Positions 43,881-55,682 of a stretch of DNA of 64,000 nt are shown here, in pieces. This DNA comes from Hyaloraphidium curvatum SAG 235-1 (taxonomy: Eukaryota; Fungi; Monoblepharomycota): contig JAIVFI010000039.1 of NCBI GenBank assembly GCA_025558095.1, positions 1 to 64,000 of the forward strand, written 5' to 3'. The notes below the pieces were generated by a model that did not search any database, was not told the origin of the DNA, and worked only from the letters and a program-made list of their open reading frames with translations. Position 1 is the first letter of the stretch; each line of letters starts with the position of its first letter. A program made the position numbers and the translations under genes.

Positions 43881-45181
43881 ATGGCGCCCTCGTTCGTGCC
43901 CCACGCCGCGAGCACCGGCAAGCGCATGGTCAACCCGTCGTCCGGCCTCGGCCGGGTTTGCCTCGTCACGGGCGCCGGCTCGAAGAAGGGGTTCGGCAGG
44001 ATGGCCTCCGTCTTGTTCGCGCGGCACGGAGCACGCGTCATCGTTACCGATCTGCCGGCGTTCGAAGAGGGCGGGAGGAAGGTGGTGAGCGAGATTGAGG
44101 CAGAGGGGGAGGGAAAGGCCGCGTGGTGGGCGGCGGCCAGGGGTGGGAGACATCTGGACGGGATTGACACGCGTCGGCACATGCAGGTTCCCGCTCGACG
44201 TGACCGACGAGAGGCAGTGGAAGGAGGCTATCGCATTGTGGGTTCTATTCGCGTTGCCGTGGCGAAATGTTGTTCTTTGACGAGCTACGGCCCTTGCAGC
44301 GCGGAGAGGACCTTCGGCCCCCTTGTGAGCCTAAGCGCACACCCTCCGGCTCACGAATCATCCTGATTGGCGATGCAGGACGTGCTCGTCAACAATGCCG
44401 GCATCGCCGCCGAGTTCTCGAACCACATGGCCGCCGAGGCCGGCCCCGCGAGCATCTCGAGCTACCCGACGGCCGACTGGCGCCGCATGGTGGCGGTCAA
44501 CATGGACGGCGTGTTCTTTGGGATCCGGGAGGGGGCGGGGAGCATGGAACGTAATCCGGCGCCCGAGGTTGGTGGCTCCCACTTGGCGTGAACGGGGCGC
44601 TGACGATGTTGGCAAGCCGAAATCGATCATCAACGTGTCCTCGGGCGCCGCCTTCATAGGCCTGACCGGCTTCGGCTACACCGCCACCAAGTGGGCCCCC
44701 TGCTGGGGTCGGTCGGAAGCGGGCTGACCCTACCACCCGCACCCAGATGGGCCGTACGCGGGATGACCAAGCACGCCGCGCTCTTCCTCGCGCACAAGGG
44801 CATCCGCTGCACCTCGATACACCCAGGCATGGTCCCGACCGACATCATCGAAGCCCCGCTGGAGAGCGACGAGTTCAGGCAAAAGTGGATCGCGGCGCAT
44901 CCCGTCGGGCGGGTGGGCCTGTTTTCTCGGGGCCGGGATGTTGCGCTCGCGCTGACGATATTGCCGTGCAGCTGGGCGATCCGATCGAGGTGGCGAACCT
45001 GATGCTCTACCTGGCGTCGACCGAGTCCTCCTTCACGTGGGTCCGAGAGAATCATCCGCTGCTTGAGCTGATTCCACAGAACCTAATCAGAACGGGTTCG
45101 GAGCACATCGTCGACGGCGGATTCTTCACAACCGCCGGGTTCCTGCCCAACCCGTTCGCGCCCAAGGCGCCAAAGATGTAG
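43881..45181 (+). CDS. short-chain dehydrogenase/reductase, multi-exon
   Basis: VTGAGSKKGFG, LDVT, VLVNNAG, INVSS, YTATKWA (YxxxK), IHPGMVPT and TGSEHIVDGG motifs. Confidence 0.92.
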
Positions 45182-45251
45182 ACGAATGGACGGGATAGAC
45201 GGATGTGAAGGCAGCACTGTTCGGCCCTTACTTGCTTGTCATGGCCCAACC

Positions 45252-46070
45252 TCATGACGACGCCGGGCACACCATGTCCATGGTCAGCACCACCCCCAGC
45301 GCCCTGAGCACCGTCCACGCGGCAAACACCGCCGTCAGCGCCGCCGCCGCGACCTTCCTCGCCAGGCTTCCCGTCACCCTCGCGCCAAACAGCCGCACCC
45401 CCGCATCTTCCACGTGCACCTCCTCCAGGTCGCGCAGCACGCGGCCGTGCGCGGCGATCCGGCGCGCGAGGGGCTGATGCGCCAGTGTGTATGCGGGGAT
45501 GCAGTTGCCCGTCGTCTGGTGCGTGGAAGCGGGGGTCAGTAGCTGCGGATCGCGGGGAGACGCGGGGGATACAGACGACGTAGACGACGATGGCGACCGC
45601 CTCGATGCCGTAGAAGACCGCCGCCAGCGCCGCCATCTGAGGCAGGATGGCGTCCTGCCGCCAGCGGGTTGCGAGGAGGGGGACCAGCGTCGCGTACCAC
45701 GTCTCGCGATCCGGCAGGTCGTCCTCGGCGGCAGTTCCCGCCGCCGTGTCGCGCAGCCGTCCCACGAGCGCCTCGAGCGAATTCCGAACGGCGCGGACGG
45801 TGAGCCGCCTCTCGAGCTCCCTCGCAGCGACGTTGTCCGTGAACCCCGCCCCCCCGCAGATGCTCGGTAGCTCGTTCTGCAACCTCACCAGCACCCACAG
45901 CACCCCCGCGGCGGCCCAGGCCGAGGACCATATTGTCCCGCCGAGGTGACAAGCGGCGTCCAGGCAGAAGGTCGCGAGGTAGCGGAAGGCGACGGCGAGG
46001 AGCAGCACGGACATCACCGCGGCACGCGCGAGGCCGGCTCGCCGGGGGATGGAGCCGGCGCACGACTAGC
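45252..46070 (-). pseudogene. 5'-truncated, internally deleted paralogue of the 7TM protein at 49072
   Basis: Shares QNE(L/V)PSICGGAGFTDNVAARELERRLT and GVRLFGARVTGSLAR..DMVCPAS, but lacks the first TMs and most of TM6. Confidence 0.7.
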
Positions 46071-46209
46071 TGGACTTCGGAAAATCCCAATGTGCTCCGA
46101 ATAGACTCATGCACGTCTCCACGGCCCGGAGCTTTAAACAGCCGGTTCTTATGCCGTAGAGGATATCCAATCGCGCCCGTCTCTCCGGAACCGGGGCCGA
46201 TTCAGGCGC

Positions 46210-47136
46210 ATGAGGCTGCCCAAGGGCCCGGCGCCGCTCGGAGTCACGCTCGCCGCCTGCACGCTGCTGCTCCTCCTTTCCGTGCCGAATCGCGGCCCGC
46301 CGCCGCCGCAAGCGGGCAAGCTCGCCATCGTCGCCCTGCTCCGGCCGGCCCTCGAACCCCGGGACAACCTCACGGCCTTCTTCCGCGGGCTGGAGGAGCA
46401 CGTCCTGCCGCGGAACCCGGGGGACATACTGCTGTTCCACACCGGCGAGTACGCCGCGCGGCATGCCCAGGACGTCGTCAGGCGGCACACGAGGCTGCCC
46501 GTCAGGTTCGAACGCGTCCCCGAGGCCGAATGGGCGGTCCCCGCGCACCTCGAGGACCGGGCCGCGTGGAAGACGCCTTTCGGGGATGGATACCGGCTCA
46601 TGTGCCGCTGGAACCTCCTCCTCCCGCGCCTGCTCGGGCGACGGGGCTACGCGTGGATGCTCCGGCTCGACACCGACTCGGCGGTGCTGTCGCCCGTCGG
46701 AGACCTGGTCCGTCGGATGGAACGCGACGGCAAACAACATGCCTTCAGGCTTTGCGCGGGGGAGGCAACGTCTACGACGGAGATGCTCCCCGAGCTCGTT
46801 CGGCTGTGGGCCTCCCTGCGCGGCCTCTCCCCCGCGTTCTTCTGCTCCCTGTTCGAGCCCCCCTGCCGCGGCAAATGGCGGCCCGCGATGTTCTACAACA
46901 ACTTCTACCTCGGCGCCACGTCCTTCTGGCTCCGGCCCGACGTCGCTGCCTTCGTGGACTTTGTCGGCGCCTCGGGGGGCGTGGTTTCGCACCGGTGGGG
47001 GGACGCGCCGGTGGCGACCTTTGCGCTGGCGCTGTACGCGGCGCGGGACGAGATCCTGGAGCTGGAGTTTGGGTACAGGCACGGCGAGACGTTTGCGGAA
47101 GGGCGGACGACGTGCAGGGAGCACGGTTTGCTGTGA
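46210..47136 (+). CDS. GT15 (KRE2/Mnt1-like) alpha-1,2-mannosyltransferase
   Basis: Signal anchor; GYRLMCRW, YAWMLRLDTDS, FYNNF and GG..HRWGDAPV motifs; intronless. Confidence 0.88.
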   Translation: MRLPKGPAPLGVTLAACTLLLLLSVPNRGPPPPQAGKLAIVALLRPALEPRDNLTAFFRGLEEHVLPRNPGDILLFHTGEYAARHAQDVVRRHTRLPVRFERVPEAEWAVPAHLEDRAAWKTPFGDGYRLMCRWNLLLPRLLGRRGYAWMLRLDTDSAVLSPVGDLVRRMERDGKQHAFRLCAGEATSTTEMLPELVRLWASLRGLSPAFFCSLFEPPCRGKWRPAMFYNNFYLGATSFWLRPDVAAFVDFVGASGGVVSHRWGDAPVATFALALYAARDEILELEFGYRHGETFAEGRTTCREHGLL

Positions 47137-47338
47137 GGGCTCAGCGGCGGCGTATCCCGAGCAAAACCCCGTCGACCTGCCTCGAAAAGGTGGAGGGTAA
47201 CCCATTGCAGATCTTCAGCCGCTCCTCTCGTTCCGAGCGACCGCGGATGGCTTCGTGAAGTTGGGGCCTACGTCATCGTCCCCTGCTTCGCCACACGGGT
47301 GTGACTCCCCAGGCTCCAACCAACAGTTCACGGCCCGA

Positions 47339-48100
47339 ATGCCCCGCCCGCACGCCCGACCGCCTCTCTCGGCCGCGTGCATGATCCTCCCGCCTGTCCT
47401 CGTGCTCCTCGCGGCCGCGCTGGCGGACGGTGCCCCCGCGCCGTGGGTCCCGAATCCGGCTCGCCGGGCGAGTCACATCGCTGAAAGCGCCCGTCGCCCC
47501 GGCCCTTCCGCCCGCAGACACGTCCTGATCCGCCGCTCGTGCGCGGACTGTTCCTCGGAATTCTATTGGTGGGCTCGGACCGGGATGTCGTCCTCTTTCC
47601 GCGCGGACTCGCTGACATGTCCATTCCTCCCTCGCGCCGTGTGCAGCGAATACTCCCACCCCGACGCACCCCCCGACACCGTCGCCTGCGTGCGCTACCC
47701 CGAAGAGGGCGGCCACCGCCTGCTGTACCGGTCCTACGGCGACCCGTGCGGCTCCTCGCCGTGCCTCCACGGGGGCACGTGCGTCCTGAGCGGCGCGCCG
47801 TCGGGGTACACCTGCATCTGCACGGAGCAGTATGCCGGGACCAACTGCGAGGTAGGCGGCCTTTCCCTGCCCGCCGTCGCGCTGCTGATGGCCTCTGCCC
47901 GCACCCGGCGCCGCAGCTTGCGAGCTGCAGCGGGGGATCGCAGATATGCTCCAACGGCGGCACCTGCGTCGGCAAGCTGTGCGTGTGCGCGTCGGGCTTC
48001 TCGGGACCTTATTGCCAGGTTGGTCTTTTGCGGTATCCGGGACGTGCGGGTGCTGACCCAGCTCATCCCGTCCCAGACGTACACTCCTCCGAGCAAATAA
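47339..48100 (+). CDS. secreted protein with two EGF-like domains
   Basis: DPCGSSPCLHGGTCVLSGAPSGYTCICTEQYAGTNCE and, after an intron, CSNGGTCVGKLCVCASGFSGPYCQ; hydrophobic leader. Confidence 0.75.
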   Translation: MPRPHARPPLSAACMILPPVLVLLAAALADGAPAPWVPNPARRASHIAESARRPGPSARRHVLIRRSCADCSSEFYWWARTGMSSSFRADSLTCPFLPRAVCSEYSHPDAPPDTVACVRYPEEGGHRLLYRSYGDPCGSSPCLHGGTCVLSGAPSGYTCICTEQYAGTNCEVGGLSLPAVALLMASARTRRRSLRAAAGDRRYAPTAAPASASCACARRASRDLIARLVFCGIRDVRVLTQLIPSQTYTPPSK

Positions 48101-48173
48101 GGACGACGCTGCCAAGCCGAACTGCTCGCCAGGTACCCTGCTTGTCTTTGTAGATGGAACGCGCAACATGGGG

Positions 48174-48962
48174 CTACCGCCCCGATCCCGGCGTCGCCCT
48201 CGCCCGGTTCCTCCTCGCCGACAATACCGTCGAGGTCGCCGCCTTCCTCGTCGTCAGACCGCTCCCCAGGATCGGCCTGAACCCCACGTAGTCCAGCACG
48301 GGGCAGTTCTTGGCGTCCTTGATTGCCAGGCTGCCCCGCTCCCCGAGCCGGCCGGTCACGTTGACGTAGTTGCCGTACGTGCTCACGAAGAGGTCCAACC
48401 AGCACCGGTACACCCCGATCCCCGTGTCATCCACCCGCCAGCACCCGTTGTGCCTCTTGGTCGTCCCGGGCACCCGCAGCCCCTTTGTCGGGGCCACGAA
48501 CACCACCGTCCCGAACGGGAGATCGTCCGACGCCGCCGACACCCACGGCACCAGCGGGTTCTCCCTCGACCCCTTGCCGTACGGGAACTTCTTCGGGTCC
48601 ATGACGCGGTAGCACTTTTTGTGCGGGTCGCCGTCCACCCAGCCGTCCACGTTGACGAGGCGCCCGTCGGCGAGGCGGCAGGTCCCCTCGAGCGAGCATT
48701 TCCGCGAGGTTTCGTTGGCCACCCGCGCGATGACGTTCGCGGGACGATCTGGGCGGGCGCACGTTTTCAGAGGGACGATACGGGGGCCGGAGAGGGGGCC
48801 GGAGTCGTCCAGGGTGCCCTCGACCGGGACCCAATAGGAAGTGAGGCGGACGGCGCCGGCTCGGCCAGAATAGCAGGCCGCGGGGGCCGCATCGCCTGGG
48901 GGCGCTGACACCGCGACGCCGAGCGCCAGGAAGAGCAGCAGAGAGGCCGGCGGAGGTCGCAT
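48174..48962 (-). CDS. secreted 3D-domain (MltA-like double-psi barrel) protein
   Basis: Signal peptide; VRLTSYW, NPLVPWVSAASDDLPFGTVVFV and VDDTG..WLDLFV (three conserved Asp). Confidence 0.75.
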   Translation of the reverse strand: MRPPPASLLLFLALGVAVSAPPGDAAPAACYSGRAGAVRLTSYWVPVEGTLDDSGPLSGPRIVPLKTCARPDRPANVIARVANETSRKCSLEGTCRLADGRLVNVDGWVDGDPHKKCYRVMDPKKFPYGKGSRENPLVPWVSAASDDLPFGTVVFVAPTKGLRVPGTTKRHNGCWRVDDTGIGVYRCWLDLFVSTYGNYVNVTGRLGERGSLAIKDAKNCPVLDYVGFRPILGSGLTTRKAATSTVLSARRNRARATPGSGR

Positions 48963-49071
48963 CGGCGGCAGGGATGCGGCGCAGCGCGAACCGTCGCCAA
49001 CCGTCGATCCCTTGGTCCGCGACCCCGCCGTCTCCCAAGGCAACTCGCTCCACTCCTCGGAATCGCGCCCC

Positions 49072-50519
49072 ATGGAGGACACGCGCCCTGCGGAATATGC
49101 TCCTTACCCGGACATCGACGAGCGCGGCGGCGGAGCCCCCGTGAAGCCCCCCTTCGCGTTCCTTTCGGGCGACGAGCTACTGTGCCTGCTGCCCGCCCCC
49201 GTGGCGCCCGCGGCCGGAATCGGCGAGCCCGCAATCCGGGACCCGGCCGCACAGGCGCGGAATGCGCGGCCTCTCACCGCCAGCGCTGTCAAGGACGCGG
49301 TCGGCGCCACGGGGGACTCGCTGCTAGACGGCCTGACGCGCATATCCCTCGCCCTGGCCCCGTACTCCGCTCTGGCCCGCTTCCGCATCGGTCTGAGCAA
49401 TCTATACACCGTCGTCGTCATCGTTCCCTTCCTGTGGATTGCGGGGCTCCCTCACGGCTTCGGACGGCGCCAGCTGGCCGCGACGACCGCGGTGCAGATC
49501 CTGGAGTTCCTGTCCTACTCTTTCGTCCTCACCAGTATACGCTCGCTCTTCGGACGTGCCCCGGTCCCTCCTGCGCCGGCTCCATCACACACCGCGCCGG
49601 CCTCGCCCGCACCGCAGTCATCGTCACCCTCCTCCTGATCACAGCTTTCCGCTACCTCGCCTCGTTCTGGACCCCCTTCGTCACCCTCGGCGGGACCATG
49701 TGGTCCTCTGCCTGGGCCGTCGCGGGGGTGTTCTTCGTGCTGGCGCGGGTGCAGAACGAGGTGCCGTCCATCTGCGGGGGGGCGGGGTTCACGGACAATG
49801 TGGCGGCGAGGGAGCTCGAGAGGAGGCTGACGTTCCGAGCCGTCCGGAGGTCCGTAGAGGCGCTCGTGGGGCGGCTGCGGAGCATGGTGGCGGAAGAGGG
49901 CGTCGAGGAAGGCGACGCGAAGGGTTGCGAATCGTGGTACGCGACGTTGATGCCCCTGCTCGCAAGCCGATGGAGGCAGGACGCCATGCTGCCCCAGCTG
50001 GCGGCCCTGACGGGTGTCTACTTCGGCACCGAGGCCGTCGCCATCATCATCTTCATCGTCGGTATTCTTTTCCCAGCCTGCCCATTGCGCATTCGCTGAC
50101 GGTCCCCGCCCCAGACGACCGGCAACTGCGTCCCGGCCTATACCCTTGCCCTCCTCCTCACAGGCTGCGGCGTGTTCGCGAGCCCCCTCCTCAACGCGGC
50201 CTTCGGCAACGCCCGGATCACCCAGACCGCCACGCTCCTCCGCCAGGCATCTCTCTCCCTCGGCCGCCTTGAGCTATGTTGCACCGAAGCCCAGCAGCCC
50301 CTCGCGCGCCGGATCGCCGCGCACAGCCGCGTGCTGCGCGACCTCGAGGAGGTGCACCTCGACGGCGCGGGGGTGCGGCTGTTTGGCGCGCGGGTGACGG
50401 GCAGCCTGGCTAGGAGGATCGCGGCGGCGGCGCTGACGGTGATGTTTGCCGCTTGGACGGTGCTTAGGGCGATGGGGGTGGTGCTGACGATGGACATGGT
50501 GTGCCCGGCATCGGCGTGA
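49072..50519 (+). CDS. seven-TM membrane protein, possibly of the 7TMIC/GRL (DUF3537-like) superfamily
   Basis: Seven hydrophobic segments over 3 exons, a long loop after TM4, PLLNAAFGNARIT after TM6 and GVRLFGARVT before the last helix. Confidence 0.55.
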
Positions 50520-50701
50520 GGGGTCACCGGGCGCGGATGCAGCGGACGGCTCCTAACGAGCAGAAGACACACGTGCATGTGCTCGGTGGAATGGCCATTT
50601 GCTATTCTGCATGTGCCCAGTTCGTGGATTGAGCCATGAAGTCCCGCCGGGCGCACCCCTACGGTTCCTGTTCCGTGCTGCCCACGACCTCGTCCCGGCC
50701 T

Positions 50702-53575
50702 TCACTCGTGCACGTATCGCAGCACCTCTCCCTGCACGATCCCCCCGATCTCGACCCTGTCGCCCGGCCTGGGCCAGTGCTCCGCTTCCCGGGACCACAT
50801 CGCCAGCTCCGCAGTCCTGGCCTCGAGCACCCTCGCGAGGTTCCCCCTGTCGTCCGCGCGGCGGAACACCAGCTCGGCCGTGTGGCACCGTCCTGCGACG
50901 TCCTCGGGGTCGAACCGGGTGTCGAGGCCCGCGGCCTGCGAGACGGCGATCTCGGAAAAGGCGGCATCGGCGCGGGAGAGGGCGGCGGAGGAGAGGGGTG
51001 CCGGGCCCAGGGCGCGGCCGAGGGCGGCGAGGTACGTGCGGGAGAGGATGCCGGGGTTGTTCAAGGGCTGCGTGGGGGCGGGGCGTCGTCAGTACGCAGC
51101 GCGCCGGCACGGCTGCGAGCGACGGGTGCCCACCGCATGACGGGTCCGAGGCGGATCCGCGCCAACCTCCAGGGGCACCGCGGCCCCGATCTTGCGGAAC
51201 CGTGCCCAGACCAAGTAGGCGAGAAGCAGGTTGCCTTCGACGTCGGTACCCCCCGCGTTGACGACGTACGACCTGTCCTGTCCGACGTGCATCCTGTCCC
51301 TGCGCACAGGCCCCGCAACGGCGCGGACGACGACGTCGCCGGTACGATCGGGCCCAGGCCCCCTTTCCGCCCGCAGGTCCCCACGCAGCCGCTCCAGCAT
51401 CCTGCGGTACCCGGCCTCGTAGTGCCTCCTGCGGCGCTCGCGCTCCTCGATCTCGCCCAGCACCCCTCCGCCCACGCCGAGCGCCCGCTCCAGCGCCGCG
51501 GCGGGCTGGCACGTAGCGAGGAAGTTCCAGACATCCTCCTCGTCGCCGAAGTGCGGCACCGTCAGCCCGCCGCGGCGCAGGAACGAGAGGAACGCAGCGC
51601 GATCGGCGGGCACGTCCGGCATGCCGGCGAGCTGCGGTACGATCTCCCTGACGCCGGGGGCCTCGCTCGACCGCGCCGCCCGCGCGGCGTAGGCGAGCAG
51701 CTCCCGCCAATCGCGCTCCGAGTCGACGTGCAGGTCCGCGAGCTGCAGCGGCGCCCGCATGTCGGAATGGGCAGCCAGCTCGCCGACGATCGGCTCCGCC
51801 ATCCGGTCGGGCCCCCTGAGCCATTTGAACCGGGTCGCCTCGGAATCGCACAGGGCGATCCCAAAGGCGTAGATTTCGTAGAACGACCCGCGCGGGCAGA
51901 CGAGGGAGACCACGTCCCCGTTGCGGAACTCGCCCTCCGAGAACATGAAGTCGCCGAACCTGATCGGCGAGCCCGTGCGGAGCGCGTCCCGGAGGACGTC
52001 CGCGCGGACGGTCACGGAGGCGCGCTTGGCGGCGTCGACGGCGCTGCGCGAGGCCCGGGGCGGAGGGTCTGCAGGGCCGGCGGCGGCTTGGCCCGCGGGC
52101 TCCCCGTCCGCGGCGGGAGCTTCTGCTGGCGGCGCAGGTCGGGGCGGGGGTTGTGCGGGCAGGGCGGCATCCACGGCCGCCCTTGCCTGCCGGATGGCAT
52201 CCCTCAGACCCCGCAGGGCCGGTCGCCCCGTTGACTCCCACACCGCCGGGTCAGCCAGCGACGCCCTGACGAGCCCGGCGAGGTCGGCCTGCGCACCCGC
52301 GGCATCCGCGAGCAGCCCCTCGGCTTCCGCCGCCCCAGCGTTTTCCGCCACCAGGTCCGCCACGCGGTCGGGCACGTGCATCCGCAGCGCCGGGTGCGCG
52401 GCCATCCGCACGGCCTGCCTGCGGGCCTCGACGCCGTGCACCTCGCGGAGCCGCCGCTGCGCCAGCACCCGCGCGCGGTCGCGGTCGAGCTCCGCCTCGT
52501 TCCGCAGCCTGCGCTCCTCGAGGCGCCGGGCGATCCGCTCGCGGCGCTCCGCCCGCAGCCTCTCCAGGTCTTCCGGCCCCGGCCCGTTCACGTCCTCGTC
52601 ATCCAGCATCACGACGTCGGCTTCCACGGGGCCGGCCCGACCCGCGGGCGGGTCCGCCGGCCCGACTTCCTGGTCCCTCAGCCGCCGCCTCCACCGCGGC
52701 ATGTCGAACGGGTCGGGGCCGGGGAGCTCCACGAGCTCCCTCCTGCGCGGCAGCTGGGCGGGCTCGATGCCGAGGTCGATGCGGCCGCGGACGAAAGCCC
52801 AGTCCACGGCGACCTCGCGCTCGAAGTGGGCCCGCAGGTCGTCCACCACGGCTCGCTTGAACTCCTCGTCGCGGTCCAGCCCCATGAGGAAAGCGATGAG
52901 GGCGCGCTCGATGGTGCGCCGGCGCGACTCGCGGAACTCGGCCGAGTGGAAGTAGGATCCGCCGTGCTCCCGCAGCACGTGCTCGTGGCCGTTGGCGACG
53001 ACGGCAAGGCACAGCGAGCAGTACGACCGCATGCAGGCGGGGCAGTGCATGGCCTCGCAGCCGCCGACCTTGAAGTGCGCGTGGCCGCAGCCGCCGGGGC
53101 ACGGGTAAGAGAGAATGTTGAGCTGCGGGGGGTGGCGTTAAAGGGCTCGTTGAGAGAGCTGGAAACAGGCCTCGCCTACCTGCACGTGGTCCCGGACGGC
53201 TTCCAGCGGGGCGTCCAAAGCTAAAGCGGCTGCGGCATTTGCGCCCCCCGCGGCCCCGGCCTGCCCGGCCCTCGCAGTGCGCTCGCGGAACGCGCTGAGA
53301 GTGGCGGCGAGCAGCGTGCCGAGCACGTCGGCGGGCAGCAGCGCCGCCGCCCGCCCCGCATCGTACGCGCCGCCGCACGACAGGTCGCAGCATGGCATGG
53401 CGCCGGGGTCCCGCGAGAGCACGCCGGGCGTGCGCGCGAGCAGCTCCATCGCGGATGCGAAGCACACCGCGCACGCAAAGTGGCCGCGGTCGCACGCGAT
53501 GCCCCCGTCGGCCGGCACGCGCAGAAGGCAGATCGGGCACTCGCGGACCACGGCGGGCTCCGGGACGGCCTCCAT
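50702..53575 (-). CDS. RBR-like E3 ubiquitin ligase (RING1 + Rcat) with long C-terminal extension
   Basis: CPIC..CDRGHFACAVC..CCDLSC RING; CPGGCGHAHFKVGGCEAMHCPACMRSYCSLC Rcat; introns near 53125-53180 and 51069-51140. Confidence 0.7.
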
Positions 53576-53989
53576 TTCGTGGATGGCGTGCGATGACGCT
53601 GAACGAACAGCGAACAGCGCGAGGGATTGTTGACTTCCCGAACTTTGACACGCCTGATGCTGTGCCGACCATGCGCAGGTACTCCTGGTAGATGACGCCC
53701 GATATGCCATTGGGTTGTTCCGTTGAGGCTGTTGAGCATGGGAACATCGTGGCGGGTCGCCCTCGGAGGACCGGACCTGTCCAGGTGCGACTCCTCAATA
53801 AAAGTCCTGAGCTCATCCATCTAATCATCTAATGGATAGATTAAGCCCTTCACAAAGTCCATCTCCACATCGTCTTTCCTTGTTCTGAGTTCGCCGGACG
53901 GCACAGCCAAATGGGGGGCAGGGGCAGTTCGCGGGTCCGGCGCTTGCGCCACGGAACCGTCGCCTTCCGACGCGTACACCTCGCCCGCC

Positions 53990-55436
53990 ATGCCGCTCTC
54001 CCGCTGCCAGGGCTACCGGCCGTGCCACGCGGCCCCTTCGGCGCGCGATTCGCGGCCGCGGCACGGGCGCGACCGCCGCGGCCGCCCGCTGCCGCCCGTC
54101 GTCGACCTCCGCAAATGGTGCTCGCCCGTCGAGGACCAGGGCGAGGTGTCGAGCTGCACCGCCAACGCGTGCGTGTCGCTGTACGAGTACACTTCGAGGC
54201 GGCTGTCGGGCAAATACGTCGACCTGTCGCGGCTGTTTGTGTACTACAACGCGCGGCTGCGCGTCGGCGACCAGCGGGACGACGCGGGGAGCGTGATCCA
54301 GTACGCCATGGAGTCGCTGGTCAAGCTCGGCGCGTGCGAGGAGCGGCGGTGGCCGTGTGAGCCGTATCGGACGCGATTCGGAGACAGGAGACGCTAATCG
54401 ACGACTGTTCCCGAAGATGACGAGGAGCGCGTGAACCACAAGCCGGACGCCAACTCCTACGAGGCCGCGCACCGCTTCAAGCTCTCCAAGCGCGACATCC
54501 GCAAGGTCAAGTTCGACCTCGACACCTGGTGGGCCGCTCTTTGCCCTTGCCGCCCTCGACCCCGAGCTCACGCCCACCGACCCCTCCTCCAGGCGCGAGG
54601 TCCTCGCCGACGGCTTCCCCATCGTCTTCGGGACCACCTGCTTCGACTCGTTCGACGACTGCTGCCTCCCCGAGCGGCACGGCGTCGTCCCCATGCCCGA
54701 CCCCGGCGAGGTTGTCCGCGCCGAGCACGGCGGGCACGCGATGGCCTGCGTGGGGTACTCGGACCCCGACGGCGTGTTCATCGTGCGCAACTCCTGGGGC
54801 CCCGAGTGGGGCATCGACGGTGCGCCTCGCTGCCTCCCCCGCCTTTGTGATCTCACTCCTCCCGCGACGACAGGCTACTGCTACATGCCCTACAACTACC
54901 TCATGTCCCCCACCTTCGGCGCCGACGACGCCTGGACGCTGCAGTCCGTCGTCGTCCGCACGCACCTCCCCGACGGCGGGGAACGCCTCCGCCGGCACAG
55001 GGCGGCCCCCTCGGCGGCCAAGAAGCTGCCGCCGGCGTCGATACTGAACGGCGGGCGGGGCGTGGAATTCGAGACCAACCCCGTCGCCGCGGAAGCTTAT
55101 GCGGGGTTCCGGGGGCTGGAGAAGGAGGAGTACGTCGAGGACGGGGATGCGGAGTGGGACGAGACGGTGGGGGAATATGCGGAGGACGAGGACGAGGAAG
55201 GGGAGGGGGAGGAGGGGTGGTGGGACGAGGACGAGCCGTACTGGGACGACGAGGAGGAGGAGGGGTGGGACGAGGGGGAAGAAGGAGAGGAGGGCGAAGA
55301 GGGCGAGGAGGGTGAAGAGGGCGAGGAGGGCGAAGACGGCGTAGAAGAAGAAGGCGACGAGGAAGGAGGCGATGAAGAGGGAGAGGAAGAGGGCGAAGGT
55401 GGGTTTCGGCATGGTAGTTGCGATCGGGATTTCTGA
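53990..55436 (+). CDS. papain-family (C1A) cysteine protease, short pro-region type, with acidic GEE-repeat tail
   Basis: VDLRKWCSPVEDQGEVSSCTANA, LSRLFVYYNAR, GGHAMACVGY and FIVRNSWGPEWGIDGYCYMPY motifs; 3 introns; no signal peptide. Confidence 0.9.
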
Positions 55437-55682
55437 CGCACGAAACGTCCCGCCAGGCGAGGAGGAGAACAGTGAATGATTCAAGCGCATGTTCCATTGT
55501 ACTTTATTGACAAAATTGCGGGAGAGAGAGGGAAGATCGGCCTATCTGCGGATGTCTCCCGCGATCGCGATCCGGATGCAGCTGGCCGCCTGCTCCACCG
55601 CTGTCCAACTCTCCGTGCCATACACACCCATCCCACCCCTCCGCCGCGTCTCCGACCCCCGCACGGCGAATCAAAAATCTCG

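Noticed and set aside
41785-44088. Long antisense or alternative-frame ORFs (also 3274..4965, 12071..14437, 50553..52241 and many others)
   Set aside because: Arg/Pro/Gly-rich shadow ORFs expected at about 70% GC opposite real genes.
50702-51064. Phage head-tail joining-like protein (PRPGDRVEI)
   Set aside because: Non-ATG start preceded by a good branch point and acceptor, so it is better explained as the last exon of the RBR gene; no phage genes nearby.
55140-55400. Purine-rich GAG/GAA repeats (also Ser/Thr repeats at 26700-27000) as satellites
   Set aside because: They are in-frame low-complexity coding tails.
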